This document shows positions 21,959 to 33,976 of a DNA stretch of 64,000 bases, one piece after another; the first letter of the stretch is position 1; the number at the start of each line of letters is the position of its first letter. Both the position numbers and the translations under genes were made by a program. This stretch comes from an uncultured Planctomycetaceae bacterium. Lineage in GTDB: Bacteria; Planctomycetota; Planctomycetia; Planctomycetales; Planctomycetaceae. The notes under the pieces were generated by a model. The model ran no database searches. It was not told the origin of the DNA and was given only the letters and a program-made list of their open reading frames with translations. The stretch is taken from the NCBI GenBank assembly GCA_963815195.1, contig CAWFGE010000008.1, positions 480,001 through 544,000 of the forward strand. Reading direction: 5' to 3'.

Positions 21959-23335
21959 ATGATCCTTCGAATCCTGGTTTGGAGCACACTAATCATGATC
22001 GGATCGGGACAACTCGACACTCATGCGCGGGCGGACGATGCGTCGCCGGACCGCCCGACGAGTCCTTATACCTGGGAAATGTTCATCGGGGTGACGGCAG
22101 AAAACCTCGGCCTTCACGTAACCGTGGAGACGGCATGGCCGGATCCCGAAGGCCTCGATGGAAGCGTCAACTTCTGGCACGAGGCGCACCGGGAGTACGC
22201 GAACGCCGACGCTTTTCTGGCATTTCTCAAGCAGTCGAAGAAACTCGCCGCGCTTTCGTTCGAAAAGGACAAGCGGCAGCCGGACGTAATCCACGTCGTC
22301 GACCGCCGCCTCATCGGTCTGCGGGGCTACGCGCTCGACAAGAAACTCAACCTGGAGTTCGCGGGAGACGTCAGACAACTATGCTGGACCTTGCAGCGGC
22401 GGATCGGAAATCTCGCACCCGCCAGCGGCGGGAGCGGATCGGCCGAACTTGGTTGGTCGGACTTCGCGACGGAGATCTGTCTCTCTGAGAAGGACCGACA
22501 GGTTCGCGGCCTGCTGACCGATGCGGTAGCCGTCAAATGTTATAATTGGAGTCTTTGGAAGGCGACGACCGACCTAAATGAGCGTCACATGCCGACCACG
22601 GTGGTGTATCATGGGCTGAATGCATTTCACCTCCGTCCGATCCAACCGCACAACTCGCCTTGGTACATCCCGCTGCTCGAGCGGGCCGGCGAGCGGCTGG
22701 GGTGCCGCTTTACGGTGGAAACCGTCTTCCGCACGCCCAATGATCCGCACGGGTGCCCGCCCTCCGTGGACAAAGACGAAGACGACCAGAATTTTGCATC
22801 GGATCCCCGAGACCAGCGCGATGCAATTTTGCGGGCACTCGTGAGCAAAGACGAAGAGAAGGAGACGTTCAAATCGGTCGACGCGTTTCTTGAGAAATTC
22901 AGTAAGCTGATTCCCTGGATGGTTGCCGTCAAGGATGCCAAGCACCCCAAAATCGTCCATTTGGTCGATAAAAAACTGCTCAAGCTCAAGGATTATCCAC
23001 TGGATCGCCGGCTGAGCATCGAATACGCGGGGAGTCCGCACGGCCTCGTCATGGCGGTGGCGAAGCGAGTCGATTCCGTCGGTCCTCTTTGGTTCGGTGA
23101 GAAATTCACGCCTTATGGTGGAGAAGATTACCCGCGCATCGAGGTGCGGGACAAAAAGGAAACGCTGCGGAAGGTTCTGACGGATGCCGTCCCATCGCAG
23201 ACGGCTTGCCAGGTGGTGTGGCACGCGCGAACCTGGCTTCGCAAGAACGGCCCGGAGACGACGATAGAATACCATCCGCTCTATCCGCCGGAAAAACATC
23301 CCGGAAACACGGATCCGAAAAAACAGCCCGAATGA
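21959..23335 (+). CDS. Hypothetical exported protein with two tandem homologous ~200-aa domains
   Basis: AAGGAG RBS, signal peptide ending ARA; paired motifs repeated in both halves. Confidence 0.8.
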   Translation: MILRILVWSTLIMIGSGQLDTHARADDASPDRPTSPYTWEMFIGVTAENLGLHVTVETAWPDPEGLDGSVNFWHEAHREYANADAFLAFLKQSKKLAALSFEKDKRQPDVIHVVDRRLIGLRGYALDKKLNLEFAGDVRQLCWTLQRRIGNLAPASGGSGSAELGWSDFATEICLSEKDRQVRGLLTDAVAVKCYNWSLWKATTDLNERHMPTTVVYHGLNAFHLRPIQPHNSPWYIPLLERAGERLGCRFTVETVFRTPNDPHGCPPSVDKDEDDQNFASDPRDQRDAILRALVSKDEEKETFKSVDAFLEKFSKLIPWMVAVKDAKHPKIVHLVDKKLLKLKDYPLDRRLSIEYAGSPHGLVMAVAKRVDSVGPLWFGEKFTPYGGEDYPRIEVRDKKETLRKVLTDAVPSQTACQVVWHARTWLRKNGPETTIEYHPLYPPEKHPGNTDPKKQPE

Positions 23336-23470
23336 AGTTTTTTTGGCGCAGGCTTTCGCATTCAGCGCGACGAAAAAACCGAGGAATTTGTGAGGCTTTA
23401 TCAGAGCGGCTGACGCGGGCACGGACCGGAGGTTTGGTCCGATCGCCTCAGCACGGACAACCCACCAATC

Positions 23471-26400
23471 TCAATTCCGCGAGGGCCAGCTGGGGAATTT
23501 GGGGATTTGTTGGAGCAGTTTGAAGGGCGCGGTGAAGGGGCTTCGCGGGTCGGCGAGTTGCGGGGCGGGGGCGGCGGGGGACCCGGTCCGCGGGTCGTGG
23601 GGGATGATTTTCAGATCGTCGAATTGAATTTCGCCCAGGCCGCCTAATGTCATCGTGACGGTGAAGCTGCCGCTTTGCCGGACTTCGCGGATGATCGAAA
23701 ACCGCTGCCAATCGCTCGCCGCTTGCCAGCGCTGCGCGGAGACGGGGCCGGCGAGGTTGTCGAACAACAGCGCGCCGTCCAGGCTGTGCGAGATGGGCGA
23801 GGTCACGCGGACCCAGCCGCTCACCGAGACCACCTGCCCGCTTTGCACCATGACCGGGGGCGTGGTGACGGTGACCGGATTTTCCGGCAGCACGGCCGGG
23901 AGTTCCTTCCCGGGCACGGGGACCGCGATCAGCCGCAGCGAATAGTTGCCTTCCTTGGCCCCTGGATAAAGTTCCGCCGTGGCCCGCACGCCGTCGATGT
24001 GCTTTTGCGTGTGCTGGTACTTTTCGACGACCATCGTGTTGATGTCCTCGAAGTTGCCGGAACGGAGCAGGTTGTTGTCGTTGTCCATTCGGCTTTCGCC
24101 CAGGCGGGCGACGAGCCGCCAATGATCGGGCAGCGTCTGAAAACAGATCGTGTGCGGGCTGGAGACGGGCGAGGACATCCGCCGCACCGCATCGTTCCAA
24201 TGAGCCCGCTGGAGGATTCGCTGAAGCTGCATGGCGTCGGCGGCCATTTGCCTCGCTCCGTGGTAATCCCGCCGGCTCAGGGCTTGTTCGGCGAACTCCA
24301 CCAACTCCCGGGAGCGGGCAAGGATTTGCGGGGCGTCCGGCTGGCTGACGCCGAGCGTTTGGAGTTCCTCATCGACCTTGGTCACGCGTTCCAATTTCGC
24401 CTTGGCGAGCGCGACCGAGATTTTGGCGCTGGGTTCGGCGAGCGTATCGATCTTTTTGCGGAGTTGGGTGATGATGTCGCGGTCGGACGTCAAAATCACC
24501 GCCGCGGTTTGATCGAACTTTTTGAGAGTGATCAGCTTGCCGCCGGGCGTCGGCTTGTGCTGCAAGCTGCGAATGCCGGTGGGCGAAATCTCCCACGCCG
24601 ACGCCGTCGCATCGAACGGAGGCACGACGATGGAGGCGTCGTTCGCCGTCATCTGGCCCGGCACGAATTGCGCTTCGCGGTCGTACCACACGGGCAACAG
24701 CAGCGTGCCGTATTCGCTGCGGATTTGCGTCGCCTCCAAATCGCCCGCCAGACTCGCGGCCCGCTTGGCCTGGTTTTCGAGTTCCCGCAGCTTGGCTTGC
24801 GCCTCGCCCATTTCGGTGGAGCCGTTGCGGCCGTCAAACGACCGGCGGGTGAAGGCTTGCTGCGTCGGCGGGGTCGCTCCGAACGGGATGTGCGACACCA
24901 CCCGCCCCGTCGCCAGCCAAGGTTCCAGAAGTTCCAACTCCAGGTTGAGCTGGGCAATCGCCAGTTGGCGTTCCCAGTCTCCGGGAGCGTCGGGTTCCAG
25001 CGAAGTCGTCTTCCAATATCCGATCCCCCGGCAGCCCGCGGCGAGGGCCGCATAAACCTGGAGGCGGATCTGCTCGGGTTCGATGACCACCGGAGCGTGG
25101 TCGGCTTTGTCCCGGTGCGCGGTCCAAGCTTCCGAGGGTTCCGTTTGAATCCACGTCCACATGAACGTGCCGGGGCGGGCGAGCTTTTGTTTTTGCAGGA
25201 GCCAATTGCGGAACGTCTTCGGAGCGAAGGTTGTATGATTGAACGGCGTGTGATCGGCGAACCGGCTCATCCCCAGCATGGAGACGAACCTTGAAACGTT
25301 CTTTTCCTGTCGGCCGATGATGTCCACCATCGCCGGACGGCGAAACTCGCGGTCGGCATTGCGGATTTGCTCCAACCAGCTTCTGAGGGCCTCCTGGTTC
25401 TCCGGCGGGACGCGCGTGCCCAGGTTCCACAGCAAAATCGGATCGGTCTTGTGCGTAAACGGAATGATGCTCACATCTTCGGGGTCGATAATCTTGCCCG
25501 CCGCCGTCACCGCGGGGCGGCGTGGCCATCACCCATAAACCTTGCTCTCGGACCGCGGCCAGGGTTTCGACATCCTCGTAATTCGGTACCCAGACGACAT
25601 TCAGCCCCGCCAGCTTTAGCGAGTTGAAGGGCTCCCCATGATAGGCGGCAATCCGCGGGAAAAACGGACGCCCCTCCACCTGCAACTTGTCCAAGCGGAA
25701 TTCGACGGCCGGCTTTTGGGTCGGGCCTTCCGCGGTATCGGCCGCATCGGCGGCGGACGCGGACGTCGCCGGCACGGCTTGGGCCTCGTGATTGGTTTGC
25801 TCGACCGCCGGCTTGGTGGGGGAACCCACGGCGGCGGGGCTGACCACAGGGCCGAGCTTCAACTCGTCCAGCAGGATTTCCACTTTCCCCGCGGGCAGTT
25901 TGCCGGTGATGATCGCCCGATCGACGTAGGCATCGCGAAAATTGAGGTTGGGATTGTTAAGTGCCGACCGGAATTGCCTGGCCCGCGCTTGGAGCATCTT
26001 CTTCGTCGTGCGGCATTCCAGCTTTTGCCATTTGCCGGCTTCGGCGTATGTGTCGCCCCGCAAAAACGTTGTCAGCACCTCGCCCGTCCCCGGGTCGGTC
26101 TCGTTGGGAAACACGAGCCGAAGCCAAACCGCCGCGCCGGGAGCACTTGCCCGCATCCCGACCTGCAGCTTGAGTTCCTCGATGCTCCGGGCGGCGGGGA
26201 GTTCGTGGTCCAACTGAAAAGAGGCCCCTTGGGCCCGGCATTCCAGAACCAGACCTTCCGAACGATCGCCCCTCAGCCGATTCTCCGACTGCCCGGCGTG
26301 CTTCAGAATTTGGATCTGCGATTTGTCGTAATGACTCACGATCCAGTGGGGAGTTTCGTCATCGAACCCTTGCCGATACTCCTCCGCGCGCAAACCGCCC

Positions 26401-26477
26401 GCCAACAGCAGGACGAGGCACAATCCCCAGCCGGCCGCGAGAAGTCGGGTTTGATGAGGGAAGTATATCGGCATCAA
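23471..26477 (-). CDS. Large (~1,000 aa) exported hypothetical protein, possibly glycoside-hydrolase-like with a C-terminal carbohydrate-binding-like domain (frameshift near 25512)
   Basis: Signal peptide; LQVEGRPFFP, GLNVVW / ILLWNLG, PEQIRLQVYAALAAGCRGIGY, NLLRSGNFED. Confidence 0.7.
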
Positions 26478-26874
26478 AGGAATTTATGAGATTCCATCCG
26501 GAGAAGCCTGAGAATCTGTAAAGCCGCGTTTGTCCGTGTCATCGGCTGGATTGGGAAGATGGGATGAGATTTTCGCGGAAAAATCGTTTCCGAACTCGTG
26601 GGGCGGGATTGTAACGATTTCCGCCGGCAGAGCCTATGCGACATGCGGCCGAGGGCATGGGTTTTTCCAAAGGCTTATATTGTAATAACTTACGGAAAAT
26701 CGCTCGCGCGCCGTCTCCCAAACGCGACGGGCGTTTGGTCCCGCCATCCCAAGCCGGTTGCGATAAACAATTTCCCCCAAAGAAGTTACGGCGGGGCCTT
26801 GTGTTCGGGCGTTACGCGGGGGCACAATCGGTTGGTGGAAATCGCTTGCCGCTTTCATCCTTCGGAACGACCCT

Positions 26875-27147
26875 ATGAACTCGCGACTCCCGGAAAATGG
26901 CCTCGACGAACTGCCCCGCGAAATTATCGATTTCGCGAAGCACATCGCTGCGCTCCCTGAGGAATATCAAGACGACATGGAAGCGGCGTATCTTCGCGTG
27001 GTGGATTCGGTGAAGCGGCGTCGGCGGATTTTGGGGCTGGTGCAAGAAGCGCTCGCCCAACTTCGGCTGGACATTAAGTATTTGATGTTCGATCTGGAAA
27101 TGACCCGCCGGGAACGCGACGAACTCCGCGAACGCCTGGACGATTGA
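26875..27147 (+). CDS. Small coiled-coil conserved hypothetical protein
   Basis: RRRRILGLVQEALAQLRLDIKYLMFDLEMTRRERDEL; clean ORF followed by a terminator hairpin. Confidence 0.8.
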   Translation: MNSRLPENGLDELPREIIDFAKHIAALPEEYQDDMEAAYLRVVDSVKRRRRILGLVQEALAQLRLDIKYLMFDLEMTRRERDELRERLDD

Positions 27148-27180
27148 AGGTTTTGGATAGAAACCGTCACAGAAAGGAAA

Positions 27181-27207
27181 ATGGCACTGGCCATTTGCCA
27201 GTGCCAT
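27181..27207. terminator. Hairpin between convergent genes
   Basis: ATGGCACTGGC-CATTT-GCCAGTGCCAT with an A run on the left. Confidence 0.7.
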
Positions 27208-27231
27208 CGTCAATTCAAAATACCAGTTGCC

Positions 27232-29286
27232 CTAATTCTTCACCGTTTTGAGTTCTTTCGCGAGGCCCATGTAGTCGCTCGTGATGTGGACGAGCTCCTT
27301 GTTGTAGTAGTTGTCCTCGAAGATGGGCGGTTCTTTGCCGTCCTCGTTCTTTTTGTCTTCTTGCTCCTCATCTTCGAGCTTCTTGTCGGCTTCCTGTTCC
27401 TTTTTGAGGGTCGCTTCGTTCAGCGAGACCGTTTCGCGGTTTTTGCGTTCCAGGAAGCTGGCGATCCGTTTTTCGACCTTTTGGAAGTCCTCGTCGGCTG
27501 TGATGCGCTTCTGGCTTTTTTGCTTGACTTCCTTGACCCAATCCTCTTTGGTCATGCCGTAGTTGTCGTGCTTGATCGGATCGACCTTGCTGGCTTTGAG
27601 GGCGTTGTCCAGGAAGGATTCCCCCAGATCCATGTGGTCGATCAGGGAAGGCAGGACGACATCGGAATGCACGCCGTCGTTTTGGGTGCTGCGGCCGTTG
27701 ACGCGGTAGAACTGGTTGATGGTGAGTTTCAAGGCGCCGCGGTTGTCGGGGCGAAGGAACTTGAAGAGTTGGCGGGTGACGGGCATCACATTTTGGACGG
27801 TGCCTTTCCCGTGGGTCGTGGTGTCGCCGACGATGATGCCCCGCCCGTAATCTTTGATTGCGCCGGCGAAGATTTCCGAAGCCGAGGCCGACAGCCGGTT
27901 GCAGACCACGACCAGGGGGCCGCCGTAGGCGACGCCGTCTTCGAGGTCGTCGTGCGAGATCGTTTTGCCGTTTTGTTCTTTGACCATCACCACAGGGCCA
28001 TCGTTAATGAACAGCCCGGAGACTTCGATGGCTTCGCTCAAGGCCCCGCCGCCGTTCATGCGGAGATCGACGATCACCGCGTCCACGCCGCCTTGTTTGC
28101 GGAAGTCATCGAGAACTTTTCGAACGTCGCGAGAGGTGCTCTTAAAATCTTTGTCGCCTTGGCGGGCCCCTTCAAAGTCGCGGTAGAACGAGGGAATGTT
28201 AATGACGCCGATCCGTCCGGTGCCGCCTTTGATCCAGTCCTTAGCGTCGATGATTTCGCCTTTGACCTCGGAGGATTTGAGTTCGATGACCTGCCGGGTG
28301 AGTTCGTAGACTTTGACTTCGTTGGGCGTGGCCTTGGGTTTGACTTGCAGGCGGACTTTGGAGCCGGCTTCGCCGCGGATCAGCCGGACGACGCGGGAGA
28401 GCTTCATCTCCACGATGTCGGTGATGTCGCCTTCAGCCTGGCCGACGCCGATGATCTTGTCGCCGACTTTGAGGCGTTTGTCCTTGTCGGCCGCTCCGCC
28501 GGGCACGACCTGGGCGACGACGGTGTAGCCGTCTTCCGAGCGGAGAGCCGCCCCGATGCCCTGAAGCCGGAGCCGCATCTGGATTTGGAAATCGTCGTTG
28601 GATTCGGGCGACATGTAGCTGGAGTGCGGATCGAAGCAGTGCGTCAGCGAGGAGAGATAGGTTTCCAGTTTTTCGCTGTCGTCGATCTGGTTCAGCATGG
28701 ACTCGATGTTGTCGTAGCGCTTGTTCAGACGCTTGCGAGCCTCATCGATTTTGGTGCCGTCGAGATTCAACAGGAGCATGTCGTATTTGATCCGCTTCCG
28801 CCAGCGGTCTTCGATTTCGGATTGGTTTTTCGCCCAGGCCAGCTTGTCCGCGTCGGTGACCATCGACTCGTCGCGGGTGAAATCGAAATCGGAATCGATC
28901 AGCTTGTGGGCCAGCTTCATGCGGTCCTGCATCAGCGCGTGGTAGCGGTCGTAGACGTCGTAAGCGAACTTCACATCGCCGTCTTTGATCTCATCATCGA
29001 GCTTCGTCTTGGATTTGTTGAACTCGTCGATGTCCGTTTGCGTGAAGTACAGCTTTTGCGGGTCCAATTGCTCCAGGAACCGGTTCAAAAGCTGCTCCGA
29101 CACCGCATCGTCGATGGGCTTTTGGCTGATGTGGAAGCGGGTAATCATGTCCGCCACGAGCTTGGTTGTTTCCGCGTCGGCGTCCGTCGGCCCGGAATAA
29201 GCATTGGCGATGAACCCGCAGGCGGCAAATGCCCCCATAATCAGCGTGAGAAATGCAGCGGTGCGTATGGGAGCTTTGATTCTCAT
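27232..29286 (-). CDS. prc: Carboxy-terminal processing (tail-specific) protease, S41 family
   Basis: DPHSSYMSP, PDZ GIGAAL...VGDKIIGV, VDLRMNGGGAL, SASASEIFAGA, THGKGTVQ, LKLTINQFYR. Confidence 0.95.
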   Translation of the reverse strand: MRIKAPIRTAAFLTLIMGAFAACGFIANAYSGPTDADAETTKLVADMITRFHISQKPIDDAVSEQLLNRFLEQLDPQKLYFTQTDIDEFNKSKTKLDDEIKDGDVKFAYDVYDRYHALMQDRMKLAHKLIDSDFDFTRDESMVTDADKLAWAKNQSEIEDRWRKRIKYDMLLLNLDGTKIDEARKRLNKRYDNIESMLNQIDDSEKLETYLSSLTHCFDPHSSYMSPESNDDFQIQMRLRLQGIGAALRSEDGYTVVAQVVPGGAADKDKRLKVGDKIIGVGQAEGDITDIVEMKLSRVVRLIRGEAGSKVRLQVKPKATPNEVKVYELTRQVIELKSSEVKGEIIDAKDWIKGGTGRIGVINIPSFYRDFEGARQGDKDFKSTSRDVRKVLDDFRKQGGVDAVIVDLRMNGGGALSEAIEVSGLFINDGPVVMVKEQNGKTISHDDLEDGVAYGGPLVVVCNRLSASASEIFAGAIKDYGRGIIVGDTTTHGKGTVQNVMPVTRQLFKFLRPDNRGALKLTINQFYRVNGRSTQNDGVHSDVVLPSLIDHMDLGESFLDNALKASKVDPIKHDNYGMTKEDWVKEVKQKSQKRITADEDFQKVEKRIASFLERKNRETVSLNEATLKKEQEADKKLEDEEQEDKKNEDGKEPPIFEDNYYNKELVHITSDYMGLAKELKTVKN

Positions 29287-29683
29287 GAGCCTGATCCGAT
29301 CTCTCGAAACGTAATCCAAAATGTAAATTCGGGATGAAATCCCCAAACTAACCAAGTTTATCCGATGCCCCCAGATGCGACAAGAGGCTTTGTTACAAGG
29401 CATTACAAAGGATGATTGCCGGGAGCGCCGGTCGCCATTCTGCCAACAGATGTGTTTGCCCGTTTATTTTTGCCGAAACTCCGAAGGTCCAAAATCCTCT
29501 CTTCGGCCGCATTCATCACAGAATCATGATTCTGGGAACCATAATTCTGCTCAACCCCCTTCGCCGCGACGGGCGGACACGCCTCGCCGTCAGAAGTGAA
29601 GATTTCCCTCGGGGGCGATTCGGAGTACGATAAACATATCCAAAGACACCTTTCCCCCGAAAAACCGGCTCGGCCAATGCCCG

Positions 29684-29712
29684 TTGACACGTTTCGGCGG
29701 ATTCCAGATACT
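29684..29712 (+). promoter_or_regulatory. Putative sigma70 promoter of proA
   Basis: TTGACA-17 bp-GATACT. Confidence 0.6.
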
Positions 29713-29752
29713 CCAGCCTCCCAGGCGTCTCTGTTTTGACAAGCCCCGGCTT

Positions 29753-31012
29753 ATGAACGATTTAGTACAATACGCAAAAGACGTGGCCAACCGCGCCCGG
29801 CTTGCATCGCGGGAGTTGGGTTTGGCCACCGGCGAACAGAAATCGGCCTGGCTCAAACGCTCCGCGGACGCGATTCGCACGCAAACCGCCCGGCTCATCG
29901 AAGCCAACGCCTTGGACTTGGAGAAGGCCCCGGAATACGGTTTGACGAAAGCGGCGATCGATCGGCTGCGGTTGACCGAGTCCCGCTTGGAAGGCATCGC
30001 GAGCGCGCTCGAAGACGTCGCCCGGCTGCCCGAGCCGGTGGGGGAGATCATCGACAGCAACGTCCGCCCGAACGGCTTGCTCGTCACGCGGGTGCGCGTG
30101 CCTTTGGGCGTCGTGTTCTTCATTTATGAATCCCGGCCCAACGTCACCGCGGACGCAGCGGCTTTGTGCGTCAAGAGCGGCAATGCCGTGATTCTGCGAG
30201 GCGGCAAAGAGGCCTTTCACAGCAACCAGGCGATTTATCGGCTGCTCAGCGAAAATCTGGAGAACGCGGGCCTGCCCCGCTACGCCGTGCAGCTTGTGGA
30301 GACGACCGACCGCGAAGCCGTCGGCCATTTTCTGCGAATGAGGGATGACATCGATGTCACGATCCCCCGCGGTGGAAAGGGTTTGATCGAACGCGTCGCC
30401 GCCGAAGCCACGATGCCCGTCATCAAGCACTTCGACGGAATCTGCCACGTCTATGTGGACAAAGCCGCGAATCTCGAGATGGCCGAGAACATCACGATCA
30501 ACAGCAAATGCCAGCGGACGGGGGTCTGCAACGCCGCCGAGTCGCTTTTGATCCACCAGGACATCGCCGAGACGTTTCTGCCCCGGATCGGAAAATCCCT
30601 CCAAGCAGCCGGCGTGGAAATGCGGTGCTGCCCGCGGTCGCTGCCACTGGTGCCCGCCGGCAAGCCGGCGACGGAAGAAGATTTTCGGACCGAATATCTG
30701 GACCTGATTTTGTCGATCAAGATTGTGGACAGCCTGGACGAGGCCGTCCGGCACATTACGGAATATGGCTCGCAGCATACGGACAGCATTGTGACGAACG
30801 ATCTCCCCGCCGCCGAGGAATTTATGCGCCGCGTGGATTCCGCGGCCGTGATGGTCAACGCCAGCACGCGGTTCAACGATGGCGGGGAATTCGGACTGGG
30901 CGCGGAGATCGGCATCAGCACCGACAAATTCCACGCCCGAGGCCCCTGCGGACTCAAGGAACTGACGAGTTACAAATATGTGGTCCACGGCCGCGGCCAG
31001 ATTCGCGAGTGA
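29753..31012 (+). CDS. proA: Glutamate-5-semialdehyde dehydrogenase
   Basis: [58 protein letters not shown]. Confidence 0.98.
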   Translation: MNDLVQYAKDVANRARLASRELGLATGEQKSAWLKRSADAIRTQTARLIEANALDLEKAPEYGLTKAAIDRLRLTESRLEGIASALEDVARLPEPVGEIIDSNVRPNGLLVTRVRVPLGVVFFIYESRPNVTADAAALCVKSGNAVILRGGKEAFHSNQAIYRLLSENLENAGLPRYAVQLVETTDREAVGHFLRMRDDIDVTIPRGGKGLIERVAAEATMPVIKHFDGICHVYVDKAANLEMAENITINSKCQRTGVCNAAESLLIHQDIAETFLPRIGKSLQAAGVEMRCCPRSLPLVPAGKPATEEDFRTEYLDLILSIKIVDSLDEAVRHITEYGSQHTDSIVTNDLPAAEEFMRRVDSAAVMVNASTRFNDGGEFGLGAEIGISTDKFHARGPCGLKELTSYKYVVHGRGQIRE

Positions 31013-31113
31013 GCCAGGAATACAAGATCGGGAGAAGGGGACATCGTTCAATGTGAAGCGGTTTCAACGTCAACATTAAACCTGAAACATTAAACTTGAA
31101 TTCGGAGCCACGG

Positions 31114-32217
31114 ATGGCGGATGTTCTCAGTCAAACCGAAGTGGAATCGTTGCTGTCCGCGCTCGACAGCGGGAACCAGCGCCCCAAGGCGGCGGTTCCC
31201 AAAAAGAAGGACACGGGACGCAGCTCGATCAGCGTTTACGATTTCAAACGCCCCGAGCGGGTCAGCAAAGAGCAGATGCGGGCGTTCCAGGCGCTGCACG
31301 ACGGCTTCAGCCGGGAATTCGGAGCCGCGCTCAGCAGCATGCTCCGCTCGATCATCGAGGTCAAGCTCATCAGCGTGGATCAATTGACCTACAGCGAGTT
31401 CGTGTTCAGCCTGGAAAACCCGACATGTTTTAACCTCCTCCAATCGTCGGGTTTGGACGGGCACATGATCCTGGACATCAACCCGGCCATTATTTTTCCC
31501 TTCGTGGATCGGCTTTTGGGCGGCGGCCGGGAACCTCGCCCGAACGTCCCCAATCGCCCGCTGACGGACATCGAAATCCGGCTTGTTTCGCGGGTCACGG
31601 ACTTGGCCATCGAGGGGCTCGAAAGCGCCTGGGGCAATCTGTGCGAGTTGGGGCTCAGCGTCCGCCAGGTCGAAAGCAACCCGCAGCTCATCCAAATCGT
31701 GCCCCCCAACGAAGTCATCGTGCTGATCAGTTTTGAGATCTGCATGGGCGAACTGCGGGGCATCATGAATTTGTGCATCCCCTTCAACACGATCGAGCCG
31801 CTCGCCGGCAAACTGTCGTCGGACACCTGGTCGGCTTACACGAAAAAAGTCGCCGCCCCGAGGCAGTCGGTCAATCTGCAAACGGGCTTGTCGCAGGCCC
31901 CGGTCGAGATGGTCGTCGAACTGGCCCGCACGACGATTTCGGCGGGGGAAATTATGGGGCTCGCGGTGGGGGATGTGATCATGACGGAAACCGGCCGGGA
32001 CCAGCCGCTCAAAATGTGGATCGAAGGCGAACCGATGTTCGAAGGCTTTCCCGGTGCGTTTAAGGCCCACAAAGCCATCCGGGTGCGAGGGCGGATCCAG
32101 CGTCCCAAGGATGTGGTGGAAGAGATGCTCAAGGACGGGGGCGGCGACGCCGAGGAAAACCCCCAGGCCGGCGGCCCAGCACGCCCCGGCCCCAATCCCA
32201 CCAAACAAGTCAACTGA
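31114..32217 (+). CDS. fliM: Flagellar motor switch protein FliM
   Basis: [47 protein letters not shown]-terminal SpoA domain. Confidence 0.97.
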   Translation: MADVLSQTEVESLLSALDSGNQRPKAAVPKKKDTGRSSISVYDFKRPERVSKEQMRAFQALHDGFSREFGAALSSMLRSIIEVKLISVDQLTYSEFVFSLENPTCFNLLQSSGLDGHMILDINPAIIFPFVDRLLGGGREPRPNVPNRPLTDIEIRLVSRVTDLAIEGLESAWGNLCELGLSVRQVESNPQLIQIVPPNEVIVLISFEICMGELRGIMNLCIPFNTIEPLAGKLSSDTWSAYTKKVAAPRQSVNLQTGLSQAPVEMVVELARTTISAGEIMGLAVGDVIMTETGRDQPLKMWIEGEPMFEGFPGAFKAHKAIRVRGRIQRPKDVVEEMLKDGGGDAEENPQAGGPARPGPNPTKQVN

Positions 32218-32482
32218 AAATCCCGGCGGGATGAAACGTAAAACAGGGAAGCGGGATGAACTCGGCCTTTCTCCCGCGGATATTCCGCTCTCACTTCTTG
32301 ACGCGATTCCAAATCCGGGTTAGAAATATGTTGGAATATCGTCATAATTAAAAACACAGCCGAATCCACTCGACAGGCTTTATTGGTCTCGTGCCACAGA
32401 CTCCGGCCTATCGGCAAAGCGGTTTTGTCGTCCGGGGGACTGAAGGCGAGCGGTCCATTTCTTTCCTTTTTTGAGATTGAGG

Positions 32483-33010
32483 ATGCCACCAGCGACGGAA
32501 AACACACATCGTGTCAACGACCAGATTCGAATTACGCCCATTCGGGTTGTCGATCAAGACGGGGAGATGCTGGGGATCATTCCCACGGCGGAAGCCCTGA
32601 AGACGGCCGCGGAGGCGGGCATGGACCTTGTGGAAGTCGCTCCCAACGAGCGGCCCCCGGTTTGCCGGATCATGGACTATGGGAAGTTCAAATACGAGCA
32701 AACCAAGAAGAAAAAGGACGCGCAGAAGACGCATCAGGTCCAGGTCAAGGAAATTCGCTTGCGTCCGAAAACGGGGGACCATGACATCGAGTTCAAAGTC
32801 AAGCGGGCTCGCTCGTTTTTGGACCAGAAGGACAAGGTCAAGATCAACGTGATTTTCCGCGGCCGGGAAAACGCCCACCACAACCGCGGGCGGGAAATGC
32901 TGGAAGAGATCATCCAATCTTTGGAAGATGTGGCCAAGGTCGAAAAAGCCCCGGGCATGGAGAGCGGGCGGACGATGAGCGTGATCCTCGCCCCCCGGGT
33001 CACGAAATAA
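32483..33010 (+). CDS. infC: Translation initiation factor IF-3
   Basis: [45 protein letters not shown]; exact start uncertain. Confidence 0.97.
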   Translation: MPPATENTHRVNDQIRITPIRVVDQDGEMLGIIPTAEALKTAAEAGMDLVEVAPNERPPVCRIMDYGKFKYEQTKKKKDAQKTHQVQVKEIRLRPKTGDHDIEFKVKRARSFLDQKDKVKINVIFRGRENAHHNRGREMLEEIIQSLEDVAKVEKAPGMESGRTMSVILAPRVTK

Positions 33011-33242
33011 CCGCGGTCCCAACCCGTCCCGGTCTCGCCTGCCACCCGTTTTGCCGGTCCGGAGGCCAAAACTTTTGGGAAAGTCGGAGAATTTCGCAAA
33101 ACTCTCTGGCTCCTGCGGTGGAAAATGTGGCGCTCGCTCCACCTATAATGCTTCCCTTTCCGGCCGGGATTGAATACCGAAGCCAACACACCGGCGGCAT
33201 CATGCCGCCGTGGATCGATTAGACCCTCAAGTGGCCAGAACC

Positions 33243-33443
33243 ATGCCCAAGCAGAAAACCCACAAAGGAATGAAAAAGCGGTTCAAAGTGACCGCTTCCG
33301 GGAAAATCAAACACCGCAAGGCATTTCGCGGCCATAAGTTAAGCCACAAATCCGGCAAGCGGAAGCGGGGGCTGCGGCAAGACGGCGTCGCGACCGGGGC
33401 CGACGCGAAAACCATCCGGGACGCCCTGCTGCCCGGCCTGTAA
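33243..33443 (+). CDS. rpmI: 50S ribosomal protein L35
   Basis: [21 protein letters not shown]. Confidence 0.98.
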   Translation: MPKQKTHKGMKKRFKVTASGKIKHRKAFRGHKLSHKSGKRKRGLRQDGVATGADAKTIRDALLPGL

Positions 33444-33499
33444 AAACCGCCGAGGCCTGTTTTCTTTATTCAACGCCAACAAACGAACGAGTTTCCGTA

Positions 33500-33865
33500 A
33501 TGAGAGTCAAGTCCGGCAAATCGCGTTTGAGGTCGAAAAAACGCTTGTTCAAGGAAGCCAAGGGCAACCGCGGCGGCCGTGGCAAGCTCCTGCGAACCGT
33601 GAAGGAAACCGTGGTCCGCGCGCGGGCGTTCGCCTATCGCGACCGCCGCAACCGCAAACGGGAATTCCGCCGGCTGTGGATTACCCGGCTCTCGGCGGCC
33701 TGCCGGATGCATGGCCTCCAGTATTCCGAGTTCATCAACGGGCTGAACCTCGCGAACATCGACCTGAACCGCAAATCGCTGAGCGAATTGGCGATTTCCG
33801 ACCCTGCCGTGTTCAGGGAAGTCGTGGAACTCGTCAAATCCGCGCTCCAGTCCAAAGCCGCCTGA
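33500..33865 (+). CDS. rplT: 50S ribosomal protein L20
   Basis: [32 protein letters not shown]. Confidence 0.98.
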   Translation: MRVKSGKSRLRSKKRLFKEAKGNRGGRGKLLRTVKETVVRARAFAYRDRRNRKREFRRLWITRLSAACRMHGLQYSEFINGLNLANIDLNRKSLSELAISDPAVFREVVELVKSALQSKAA

Positions 33866-33900
33866 CGGCAGCCTGGCTTTGTTCCATTCACGATCCACCC

Positions 33901-33929
33901 AGCACCCGGTTTCTCAGAAGCCGGGTGTT
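33901..33929 (+). terminator. Hairpin after rplT
   Basis: AGCACCCGGTTTC-TCA-GAAGCCGGGTGTT. Confidence 0.55.
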
Positions 33930-33976
33930 GATGTTTGTAAGAAATCTTTATCTTAATCCTGCGTAAGCCTGAAAAA

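Noticed and set aside
27181..29337. 718-aa plus-strand ORF
   Set aside because: Antisense shadow of prc; typical of high-GC codon bias, no motifs
31114..32217. Isolated fliM and csrA as a novel arrangement
   Set aside because: Scattered flagellar genes are unremarkable here, and nothing in the sequence suggests a new function
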